64,000 bases of DNA from Blasia pusilla. Lineage: Eukaryota. Positions within the stretch are counted from its first letter, which is position 1. Each line of letters opens with the position of its first letter. The position numbers and the translations under genes were made by a program. Positions 36,205 to 46,855 of this stretch are shown one piece after another. The stretch covers positions 39,618,001 to 39,682,000 of the forward strand of contig CM114271.1 in the NCBI GenBank assembly GCA_050084515.1, written 5' to 3'. The notes under the pieces are model-generated. The model saw only the letters and a list, made by a program, of their open reading frames with translations, was not told the DNA's origin and ran no database searches.

Positions 36205-38046
36205 TCAATCGAAATCAAGAAATCCTTCATGTCTACGGAAAATCTTGACCCTTTTTCCTACAATGGGCAGCTTGAGAATTGTGCCATCTAGTTCACGTAG
36301 TTTGTAAGTGGTATTGTCAAAAGCAAAGACTATAACATATGGACCAAACCAACGACGTGCAAACTTCTTAATTGTACTATGTTGGTTGTCAAGGCTATTG
36401 TTGTGCACCAAGACCCAATCTCCTTCTCTTATCGGCTCCTTCCGAAGTCGATGAGTTTTATCGAAGCGCTCCTTTTTTTTCAACCTTGCTTCCTTCATTC
36501 TGACTAACGCTTCTGAAATATCCTCTTCCCGCCGCTCTAGCTGCTGCATTCGAAGTGCTAGGAGCTCTTCCCTATTGAGCCCGTCTTCCCATGACAAACC
36601 CATCCAAGTGGGTATATCTCCTTCTGCTGGCATTATCGGTTTTTGACCTATCATCAACTCTGTAGGCATGAACCCTGTAACGGTGCTGTGAGTGGTTCTA
36701 TCTGCCCATAAAGCAAATGGAAGTAATCTAGGCCAATCACCATAACGATCTCCACACGCCTTTACCAATGCTTGAATGATTGGCCGATGTCCCCTTTCGC
36801 TCTTGCCGTTTGCCTCCGGATTCATGGAGGTTGTTAATCTCAACTGGACTTCATATCTCCTGAAGAACTCTCGTGCTTCCTCCGCATTCAACTCACCTCT
36901 ATCTGCACGGATTCTCCCGACACTCCCATATCTAGCAACAATATCCTCTAGAATAAAACGACATATAGGCTCTGTTGTTTTAGCCCGTAAAGCCCTCCCT
37001 TCTACAAAGTTGGACAACTCTTCTCGTGCTAGGACCAAGTAACGCATTCCCCAAAGACCTAGTGGCATAACAACTAGATCTATAACCCATTGATGATGAA
37101 TAGACAAAGGATACGTGGGTTTAAGTCCATCTCTCACTCTGATTTTTGATTGAAACTGACATTCAACACACGACCCAACATATCTCTCAACATCCTTATA
37201 TAGGCCTTTCCACCAATACCTCTCTTTTATCTTGGTGAAAGTTGCCCAAGTACCTCTGTGACCTGCCCATAAAGAATTGTGGAATTCTTTGAGCACTTCC
37301 ATTTTTGTCCCATTGTCATCCACCACCCTCAAGGGCATTCCATCTTTCCTCTTTGGCCTTTTCCAAAGATATCCATCTTGTAGTAGATAGCCATACGCCT
37401 TGTGCCGAATCTCCTTGAAGAACTTTTCTGTCCACCCTCCATCTCTTTGCAAAGTGCTTAAATAGCGCCCAATTTCTTTTAACCTGCCCTCATACAAATC
37501 CTCTTTGAAGGCTAGAACATCCTCTATGCCACCTCGTTCTTGAGATAACACTTGCCACACATGTGCATCATCCTCATCTATCTCACTTGCCTCCATATCT
37601 TCTTCTTGACTAAATCTAGCTCTAGACAACATGTCAGCTACTGAGTTCTCTTTCCCAACTATATGCTTCAATTGTGGATTCAAGGACCTAATGTAGGCTA
37701 TCCAACATAGCATGGCTATATTTGGAGTCGTACAATTCGCAATCATACCTAACAAAGGTAGACAATCAACCTCAAGCAATACATAGGCTCCCATAAGATA
37801 CTCCTTCTCAGCTTTCATTGCAGTTACAACTCCCCAAAGCTCCCTCTTTACCTGAGGGTACCTCCTCTGTCGTTCCGTAAGTGTACGAGCTCCAAACCTT
37901 GTCGCAAATCTTCTTCCTTCCGCGTCATCCTGCCCAACTGCCCATCCGATAGCAATAGGGCTAGTGTCCATTGTGATGATAATAGGTCGTCCGCATTCGT
38001 AGCTCATTTGTTGTAGAAGCGGTGGCGACTTCAATGCCTCCTTCAA
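36205..38046 (-). CDS. RNase H + integrase portion of pol, element F (613 aa open)
   Basis: TMDTSPIAIGW...RELWG...VADMLSR; HNSLWAGH...CVEC; VIDLV, ADRGE, NPEANGKSER; WFGPY. Confidence 0.92.
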   Translation of the reverse strand: MKEALKSPPLLQQMSYECGRPIIITMDTSPIAIGWAVGQDDAEGRRFATRFGARTLTERQRRYPQVKRELWGVVTAMKAEKEYLMGAYVLLEVDCLPLLGMIANCTTPNIAMLCWIAYIRSLNPQLKHIVGKENSVADMLSRARFSQEEDMEASEIDEDDAHVWQVLSQERGGIEDVLAFKEDLYEGRLKEIGRYLSTLQRDGGWTEKFFKEIRHKAYGYLLQDGYLWKRPKRKDGMPLRVVDDNGTKMEVLKEFHNSLWAGHRGTWATFTKIKERYWWKGLYKDVERYVGSCVECQFQSKIRVRDGLKPTYPLSIHHQWVIDLVVMPLGLWGMRYLVLAREELSNFVEGRALRAKTTEPICRFILEDIVARYGSVGRIRADRGELNAEEAREFFRRYEVQLRLTTSMNPEANGKSERGHRPIIQALVKACGDRYGDWPRLLPFALWADRTTHSTVTGFMPTELMIGQKPIMPAEGDIPTWMGLSWEDGLNREELLALRMQQLERREEDISEALVRMKEARLKKKERFDKTHRLRKEPIREGDWVLVHNNSLDNQHSTIKKFARRWFGPYVIVFAFDNTTYKLRELDGTILKLPIVGKRVKIFRRHEGFLDFD

Positions 38047-40300
38047 TCTGCATCATTCTTTGCTCTTTGCTTCTTCTCCCAAGTGAACTTCTTCCTCTTT
38101 CTCAACAACTCATACAAAGGGTGGATATGTGGCCAAAATGAGGAATCCACACTTGATAGAACACACAAGCTCTAAAAACCTTCTCACTTCGGTGGCGTTT
38201 TAGCATTCTCGTATCCTCCCAATGACATCAACTTTTTGCTGGATTTGGTTTTCGCCAAACTCTCCACAAAGATGACCCACTACCACGATCGAGGAACCCC
38301 AAAGCTACACTTTTCTCCGAAAGAGTAAGATTGACCTCTTCTAGTCTTGTTAGGATCATATCCACATCTCGAATATGATGATCGGACACAAACTTTCTAC
38401 ACCCATCTTTCACAACCCTCTCAATCCTATCTTCTATTGCACACCCCTTTATAGGGATATCATCTACAAAAGGAATGGTTTTCTCAGGAATGAACTCTCT
38501 CAAGATCTTATTCATTGCACTCTGCATGTGAGCGCATGCAATTTGTTGCTCCTTGAGGTAATGTGCACATTCTTACAAGCCCAAGTGGAGTGCATAGTGG
38601 TAATATCTCTACTCTCTGTAGCTAATTGGAATTGATCATATCCCGAGTGCAAATCTCCTATAGAATAGATAGCACGGGCTGCAAAAGCTTCTGCGACTTC
38701 ATCTATTCTAGGCCCCGCTCCCATATTTCGAATGGTTACCTTATTTTCCGGTTGCATATCTTGAATGAACCAGGAGAGCTCTGATTTCTTCATGATGAAC
38801 CATCAACTCGAGTAAGGCCCCATAGATGGCTCTAAGATACCCATCTGCATCTTCTCCTTCAATAACTCAATCAGCTTGGGAATCATAGCTCGTGGTACTG
38901 GTATGGGTTTCAAATCCCAAGGCACATGTGGAACTATGAAAATTACCATCGGTGCCACCACACTCGTGTCTACACAACCAATTTCTTGTGTAGTAAAAGA
39001 GAAAGCCTTACCATGTCTCCTTAACATCTCCGAAAGCATTTTCTTTCAATTTCGTGAGAAACTCACCCCTCCGATTTTTGCAGGCGATCTAGCGTCTCTT
39101 CGTGAACTTGTGTCCTATCTTCTTGACATCCCATGAGACTTGGCTCCATTGATGCACGTTCTACTTGTCTCCCACAACCCTCTGGTAGTTGAGTAGCCAT
39201 TGGTTTCACCTTCCAGGCCCCTTTGTCTTGTATTTTGTGTGCACTTGTGCCTCCATGGGATGTTCGTCAGACTCAAACCCGTGCCCATCCGCTTCCTTCT
39301 CCGTAGATTCATATTCATTTTCTCCTTCCATGAACCTTGATATCTCTTCATGCAACTCACGCGAGTGAATTGCAATCACACTTCTATCCATGAATCGGTG
39401 TTCATCAGGTAAACACCTCTTCAAGACTATCTCCAAAACCCTCTCCTTCATACATCCCATTAATGAACTCTTCATCTAATAGAACACCCTCACATTTTAA
39501 CAAACCCTCCTTTTTTTTTATAAAACGTCTTTTCTTTTCATTCATTTCTTTCATCATTTGGAATCTACTAGACCACGAAGAAAAACATTGAGAAAACCCA
39601 CACCTAAACATATATGATTCTTCCCCCTCTACTAGCGGAAGACTCTTTCTTTTCTCTACACCCCCATATTCCCGCTCTATAGGAGTGCTAACTAAAAATC
39701 CGAAAACTCTTTCTCTACCTTCATAGGATCATCTCTCAACTTCTCTCTATTCCTTTCATGACCTACTCAAATGCGAGTAAGGAATTGAACGATCTTGTTC
39801 CATCGACTTCTAATACGGGCATAATGAGACCCATCATCCATGACTTTGGTCTCCATTCTAGATCTTTGTGATGTAAGGTTGCCCAAGAATCACAGGATAA
39901 GCGGCTCCATTCGAACAAAGAAATTTTGCTCAATCAACACATCTCCGATCGAGTTTTGACGGATGGACAAGCACCATAGAGTTCACCTTTTTGGTTGTTA
40001 GCGCTCGTAGTACCCATCCATGCCCTGTATCAATTGGCCACATCCCTTTATCGTACACACTTCGCGACATGATGTTGATCTCGAACCATGATCAACGAGC
40101 GAATCGACTCTTGAAGAGAGCCAAGTCGAACTCTAGCCTCCGTCGTTGCACGCACCCAATATGATCGAGAATATTGTCCACCATTATGCCTTTCTTCACC
40201 TTGTTCTGTCAAGGCTTCTCCTACTCTCGCCTCTTTTCCTCGTAAGTCAAGCTTTTGTCCAAACACTTGGCAAAGCTCTTCATCTCTTCTTTTGTGATGT
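38047..40300 (-). pseudogene. Protease and RT of element F (frameshifted)
   Basis: IGDLHSGYDQF, IPFVDDIPIKG (FVDD), HVPWDLKPIPVP, YPVILGQPYI. Confidence 0.8.
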
Positions 40301-41977
40301 CAATATCCAAAGCTCTCACCATCACCATATCTACAGTCATCTGCCTCTTCCTTTTGATCACATCTATGATCAACTCATGAAAGTCACGTTTGGCTATGCC
40401 CAAGACTTCCCTCAAAGAAAACTCTATTTATGCATCCAAAATCCTCTCCTCAAGAATCTCCTTTAAATTCGTGCTTGTCTAGATATCAGACTGCAGCTTG
40501 TATGTAGGAGTCTTACCCTTGGTCTTCTGAGGAGACCTCAATTCGTTCTCCTTTGTCCCTGCTTCTTTGACATGAGAATCCCTCACTGATTCAAATGTGG
40601 AAGGTCCTTCTTCTCTTGATGGTTGCGCCTCCGGTTGTCCTTTTCTTCTTAAGATCCTTGCTCTTCTTGCGGCTTCCTCAGCATCAACACCATCATTGTC
40701 GCGTCTCCTCTTCTCCTCCACACTAGCATCTTGCCAACTCACATGTTTCTCTTGTGCTAGGTATGCTTTAACACACCAGACTTCCACTGGATCATCCCAT
40801 CCGATCGGATGATGGATAGTCTCTACCCCTCGTATCATAACTTCTCGAGGAAATTCTAATGATTCACTTTTAGCTCTGAGATACAATAGGCGCTTCAATT
40901 TTCTTTGCAAAGGTGTGAGAATCTAATGTCGAGTGGCAACTCCTTCTTGACTTCTCACTAATCCTTTCATACCTCCTCTACCAAAGTTGGTATTCAACGG
41001 CATACCGGTCTGCGTCGAATGAATCTTCCCATCTTTGAAGTTTACTATTCCATTTCTAAGAGCTTCTGAAAATTCCTCACATTCTCGACGTTGATGCTCA
41101 ACACTATCACACCATATACATCTTCTCACAAAGTTCTTACTTGTTGAAGGAGCACCAACACTAGGATTCCTATCAAGTTTAAGCTCAGCCATTTCTACTC
41201 TCAACTCTCTCAAACCTTTCACCAACTCATCAATGGTAGAATCTTCAAGCTTTGCTGGCATGGCTTAGGCAATGGATTTGAAATTGGTACCTCCGACTTG
41301 AATACTGTGGTTCTACCTCTACTTCGACTTTGCTTTGTGAGGATAGCAACAACTTCTTCCACTTTCTTCCAATTAGTGCTGACACCTCCTTCTTCATTCT
41401 TGTCCGCCAACATTATGAAAAGCTTGTCCTCCAAATTCTCATCTGCCGCCTCAAGGAATAACTCGGTTTTCCTCAAGTCTAGAGTTGCCCTTTCAGAAGG
41501 AGAAAGCTGAAAAAACCGCTTCTCAAACTCACGCAACAACTCATTTGGAGTCATTCCCTTCCTTGGACGTTGCTCTATCCATTCTAGAAAACTCCTCTTA
41601 GTCACCCGATCCACATCATCATCGAAGAATTCTCCTTTCAGCAACTGTTCGTACTCCTCCCATGAGGTTGGATTTTCTGCTCTCAACTTCTTTACTTGAC
41701 TACGGATCTCTGGTATTACAACTAACTCAAAACTTGACACCATATCACCTTCGGGTACACGATTTACCTCCATCTCACAGACGTACTCTCGAACATACTT
41801 GGTGATGTTCCTGCCATCAAATCTCCCCAACTTCTTCACAATCGCTTGGAGAGCCCTTGTTGATCTTTGCTCTCCGATGTGAACTCCTCCTTGTTGGCTC
41901 AACAATGTTGTCAAAGTTCGGAGAAGATCCTCAGCTCCCTCAGTTCCCATTGATGAAGTACTCCCAAAAGTAGTCAT
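40300..41977 (-). pseudogene. Gag of element F (frameshifted)
   Basis: MTTFGSTSS...GRFDGRNITKYVREY...; knuckle CIWCDSVEHQRREC. Confidence 0.8.
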
Positions 41978-42022
41978 CTTGATAAGACTCAACTTGCAAA
42001 CACAAACTACCGCCTCAAAGAG

Positions 42023-42040
42023 CTCTCGGTGGAAGCACCA
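42023..42040 (-). promoter_or_regulatory. Primer-binding site of element F
   Basis: TGGTGCTTCCACCGAGAG, 2 nt after the LTR end (...TGACA AA TGG...). The cognate tRNA was not verified. Confidence 0.75.
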
Positions 42041-42042
42041 TT

Positions 42043-43313
42043 TGTCATGTCGAGAGTCTTTCTTGAGCAAGGCGGGCCTTCTAGCTGCGGTAGATGCGGT
42101 TGATGCAAGGTGAACTCTCTAATAAGTTCTCCTTTTTCAATACAAAATTATGATGTACACTCTCCATTCTCTCACGACAGGTATCACAAATGGAAGTGCC
42201 GAGGCGATCACTTCTTCGTAACATCGGACCCCAAAATTCCTAACTATAAAATCCCTATAAACTATTTTACGCTTGTACACGAGGAAGATAGCACAACTAG
42301 TGTTAAACCCTACTTGAGCAGGCCTATTGACATCCATGGATCGCTATATAAGGACATACAAAGTACAATCCCATGTCCTTCCATATGTGACAATAGGAAG
42401 AATCACCGGAGTTGGAGATTGCATGACCTGGTTCATGAACGCCTCCCCAAAGTGATAAACTAAATAGCGAGTGAACCAGTACCTATCTACAAAGAGTACC
42501 TTGACATGGTAAGGATTGAGGAAAGGAAAGTCGGGCACAGCTCATGCTCCACCCCTATCCATGCTTGACACATATTCTCTACTCTCCTCAAGAATGGGTT
42601 TTGGCGGAGTTATTCTCCCAAGAGGGGTAATCCACTCTCATTGGGGAAGTAACAAGCCAAAACTTCCGCTATTTTAGTATGACTAAACTCCTCTACGGTG
42701 ACAAACCTCTCATCCCCACACACACACACCACACTCTAGAAATCTCTCAAAGAATAGACCATGGTCAAGTTACTCTCCCAAGAGGGGTGATCCACTCTCA
42801 TTGGAAGAGCAAGCAATCCCAAAGCCATACACTCAAGAGAGACACGAGAGACTCAAGATGTGGAATAGAAGGTGATGAACCCTTGAAGGTCCCTCCTCTT
42901 TATATACTCACAAGGGATCCACAAGAGTACGAAATAGAGCTTATCTTATCTTGTGCCACATGGCTTCCTCCCAAGGCTTAGCCAATCACATTTTGACACA
43001 AGTAGATTTCCTCTTATCTCTTCCAAAATATCCTCTTTTACCCACATGATATTTTCCAAATTACCCCAACTAACCTAGCCACCAACCAAGACTACTTTTG
43101 CTTTTCATTAAAGCAACTACTTTACTTTTATAAAGTCATCTTTTATTTATTATCTCCTTTTCCTAAAGTTGGGCCCGCATAAAAGAGGCACCATAAAGAG
43201 GTTTAAACATAAGAATCTCCTTTTTCTAAGCCAATTTACTTAATACTAATGAAACTCTATCTAACACTTAATGACGAAGGAATTTACACAGTGGTTGATT
43301 TTACTATACGACA
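42043..43313 (-). repeat. 5' LTR of element F (1271 bp)
   Basis: TG...CA termini, PBS adjacent; element B integrase resumes at 43314. Confidence 0.88.
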
Positions 43314-43925
43314 CCGTACTTGCTACTTTATGGCCGAGAGCCAGATTTACCAACGGCCATTCGTCGAGATGCTGGTAAGGTGTTGGACCTTGATGACCCA
43401 GATGTATGGATGTGAGCATGTTCTCAAAGGGCTGAGTTGTTTCGGAGAGTGATGCCCATGGCGTTCGAGAACTTGGCGTTTGTGCAACATCGGGATACGT
43501 TGAGGTATGCGACTATTCGGGGTGGTGGTTATCGACCAACTATCTAGAGGTTTCATCAGGGAGATTATGTCTTCTTACAATAGAGGGCATCAACGACGTT
43601 GGATGTGATTGCAGGGCACACTATCCTCTGAGTGCGTGAAGTTTTGCCATCCGATGTTCTCTTGCTGGAGGGACGCGCTGGTCTGGTTTGGAAGGACCAT
43701 GTTCGTTATTGTGTGCCATGTCACCTTCCTAACATTGATGGTACAGTAGATCCGAGCTTAGCAGTAGTTCATGCAGGCTTGCGTTGTATGCTGTGTGGTT
43801 CTGCCCGTGGTGCGGCCACGATGCTAGTCTGTGATGGATGTTCGAGAGGATGGCATATGGCATGTTTGACGCCACCTCTCACTAGGGTTCTTCAAGGACG
43901 ATGGATGTGTCCCAGATGTACATAG
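43314..43925 (+). pseudogene. Integrase C-terminus + intact C4HC3 PHD finger of element B
   Basis: CMLC...CDGC...HMAC...WMCPRC (43785-43922); all eight zinc ligands present. Confidence 0.9.
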
Positions 43926-44105
43926 AGTAGGTAGTTCTACATTCCGACTTGTGTCTGTGAGATGGATGACAAGAAGGCGACTAACGATGGGGCCACATGA
44001 GCACATGGCCTTCTTGCTCTTAGCGTCCGAGAGATGTATGTCATGGTAGGTAGGGATAGATGGCTATATGGAGCTAGAAGGACCTAACCACCAGCTAGGG
44101 GGGCG

Positions 44106-44878
44106 ATTGGAGATATTTTGGTACTTCTTGTCTCATTGTTTGGATGCCATGAGTTAGCATGGGATCGTGCGTGTTTGTGTGTGTGTGTTCCGTGACAACG
44201 ATGTATGTTGTGTAGCGATGTGTATGCGTATGACAACAGTCACATCTTTTAGGATATATCGGTGAGATCTAGTAGAGCACCTTCTTGAGTAGTGTAGGAC
44301 AAGTTGAGTAGGTCGAGGATGATCTGCTGCGGCCCAGGGAAACCTGAGAGAGAATGTTTTCCCTTCGTTTCGGCTCATTTGGAGCCATATTAAGGATCTT
44401 ACTATTTTAGGTAAGTACCATTTTGAATATATGATCGACTTTTAAATTTTGGTAATGAGCCCTTGACCTCCTACATCAGGTCAAGAGCCAAGGAGATGAC
44501 TTGGGAGAATAGATTACTATGGAGAGAGCTTGGGAGAGGAGAGGGGTATACCTCAAGGAGAGAGAGCTTGAGAGCTCATTCTCTCTTTGTTGAACCTCTT
44601 GGCATGAGGCGGCGGAGCTATGGTCCCTTGCCTTGTGAGTGTAACCCAAGCCTCTCATTAGGAGAGTGGTTTGGGTTTGACATGAGAGAGATTGCACACC
44701 TTTGAGAGCTATGGTATGAGATGGTGTAGAGAGATATTGGATCTTACTTTATTGGAGATATTTTGGTACTTCTTGTCTCGTTGTTTGGATGCCATAAGTT
44801 AGCATGGGATCGTGCGTGTTTGTGTGTATATCCGTTGACAACGATGTATGTTGTGTAGCGATGTGTATGCGCACGACA
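44106..44878 (+). repeat. 3' terminal Y-X-Y repeat block of element B
   Basis: Y1 44106-44235, X2 44238-44750 (copy of 23253-23765 and 10766-11272), Y2 44751-44878 (copy of 20615-20742). Confidence 0.88.
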
Positions 44879-46855
44879 AGTTTATATACTTGGTACGTAG
44901 GTCTTGCTTGATACGTTTAATAATTAAAAAAAAAAACTCATCCGATCTCTTTATCTTGAATTTTACTTCAATTTACAATAATGTTCATTTAATGTTTTTC
45001 CAATCAATAAAGGGTTGAATTGAATGTTGAACCATTATTAAACCAGGGTGCGGCTTTTGAGACGGGTGGAGAAGAAAGTAGTTAACATATTCGTGCATAG
45101 GACAGGTGGATAGTCTAGGTCGCTGGGAAAAAAAACAACGAGAACTTGTAGAGGTCGTAACTAATAATGATCTATCGTGAATTTAAATATTCTTCTATTC
45201 ACTACTGATAGAATAAAGATCGATTTTTCATTATTGGAAATATATTGTTCCAACATTAAAATAGTGACATCCTAGTAGGGCATCTCAAATTATACTTTGT
45301 AGTGTTGGATATCAATCTCCGTATTGAAATTTATGGTTTTTGGTTGTTCCAAGTGCGGGATGGCGGAGGAGGTGGATGCACAGAGTATACATCCCAAGCA
45401 TCTTGCTTGATTCATGACCATGTAAGTTGGGGCTAGTCACAAGAACGTCACTTTGCAAATTCACGCACCCTTGAACTCATAAATATGCCGTCTTGATATT
45501 ATAGATAAATAGTGAAGAGACAACACGACCTTGGACAAGCCATAATATGTTCTTAACATGTGAAAATGTCTTTCCAACCTATTTTGAACAATAGTACATT
45601 ACTAAGCATTCCAATACTTATTCCTCACTTGTAAGGACCTCTAAGGAATGTGCGATGCACAAATTATTCTCTCTTCTTACCATTTTCTCTTCGCATGACC
45701 TCCCATTTAAGATGACCAAATGTTTTTTTGAAAGAAAACTAATGACATGTGTCAAACGGAGGAGTACTTGAAAAAAATTGCATCCTCCAAATCTATCTAT
45801 ATATTATTATTGGCGAGCGTCTCTTCATTTTGAGATCATCTCCCATATTGACACATGTCCTTTTTAGCCAAAAGAATATCTAAACCAATAAGATCACTTG
45901 AATTCAATTATATATTTTTGATGGATAATTCACAGTTCTCCCTCCAAAGTTTATAATATTTAGAGCCATGAGCCGATCGCTTGGCGATATTTGATGTTAT
46001 CTTTCTACAGTAGGCTCCGGGCCAAAAATGGATCATTCACTATTAGGCTCCGGATCGGATGATTTCGTGTTAAAAAAATTTCAACTCAAAATTACAAAAG
46101 TTATGAAGACGTTCTCATAAAAAGTCACCTCTCAACTCCCATTAAAAAACTAGCAGCATCGACCCATTCCGTCCAGCTCAAGTAGCGGTGCCGTCGTTTT
46201 AGGTCTCGGCCAATCTCACCCTGCTGGCGACGCTGGGTCTCGGCTCCGCCGAAGTCGGAGGAGCGCCAAGTGACGGAGTCAGGCAGCACTTGAATCTTCT
46301 TCCGAGCACCACCATGTCGTAGCAGACTCAGATCTTCCAGTGACTAGATTGTCGGCGCCGCTATATTCATGTCTGCCTACCCCGTCCGCAGCCGAAAGCT
46401 GCGACCGCAGGAGAGTCAGCTGCACAGAGGGTAATCGCTGGGCAACGGCAACCAATCTAGAAGTCTAGACAGACAGTGGATCCCGAGTCCAAGTGAACGA
46501 AGCGAAGTGTAGACGGAGGAAGAGAGGGCATATACACAGAGAGAGAGAGACAGAGAGAGAGAGGGAGGGAGGGAGGGAAAGAGGAGAGAGGACATTCATG
46601 AGAGTGGACAGAGATCGGGCGTTCATGAGAGTGGACGGACACCGGGCGTGGAGGCAATTTCTTGCAGGTTGGAGCGTGGGATTGTTGAATTGGTAGGCAA
46701 GAGAGGTGCATGTTGCAGGGATGAGCATGAGGAGTGGAGGAGGAGGACGGGAGAAGGTTGACTGGATCGGGAAAGGTGGTGGGACATACGTTCAGGGGGC
46801 GGACTCGAGAGGATGAGAGCGAAGAAAATATATTGTAGGAGGAAAGCGTGTCGTG

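Larger units (their letters stand above)
35896..43313 (-). mobile_element. Young Ty3/Gypsy LTR retrotransposon F
   Basis: 5' LTR 42043-43313 (TGTCG...TGACA on the minus strand), PBS, gag, pol, PPT, and a truncated 3' LTR at 35896-36110. Confidence 0.92.
23253..44878 (+). mobile_element. Gypsy copy B (same family as A), with a central nest of other elements and X-body-Y-X-Y termini
   Basis: Collinear with A from 23253 to ~28195, then resumes in integrase at 43314. Flanks are AGTC (23249-23252) and AGTT (44879-44882). Confidence 0.85.

Noticed and set aside
10766-44878. DIRS/Ngaro tyrosine-recombinase element, suggested by split repeats and a methyltransferase
   Set aside because: I found no recognisable tyrosine recombinase. 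A DDE integrase and aspartic protease are present, and the methyltransferase is C5-type (PC motif) rather than the adenine-MTase-like domain of DIRS.
45790-45830. Helitron 5' end (TCTATCTATATATT; a similar motif at ~54163)
   Set aside because: I could not find a convincing 3' hairpin plus CTRR end.
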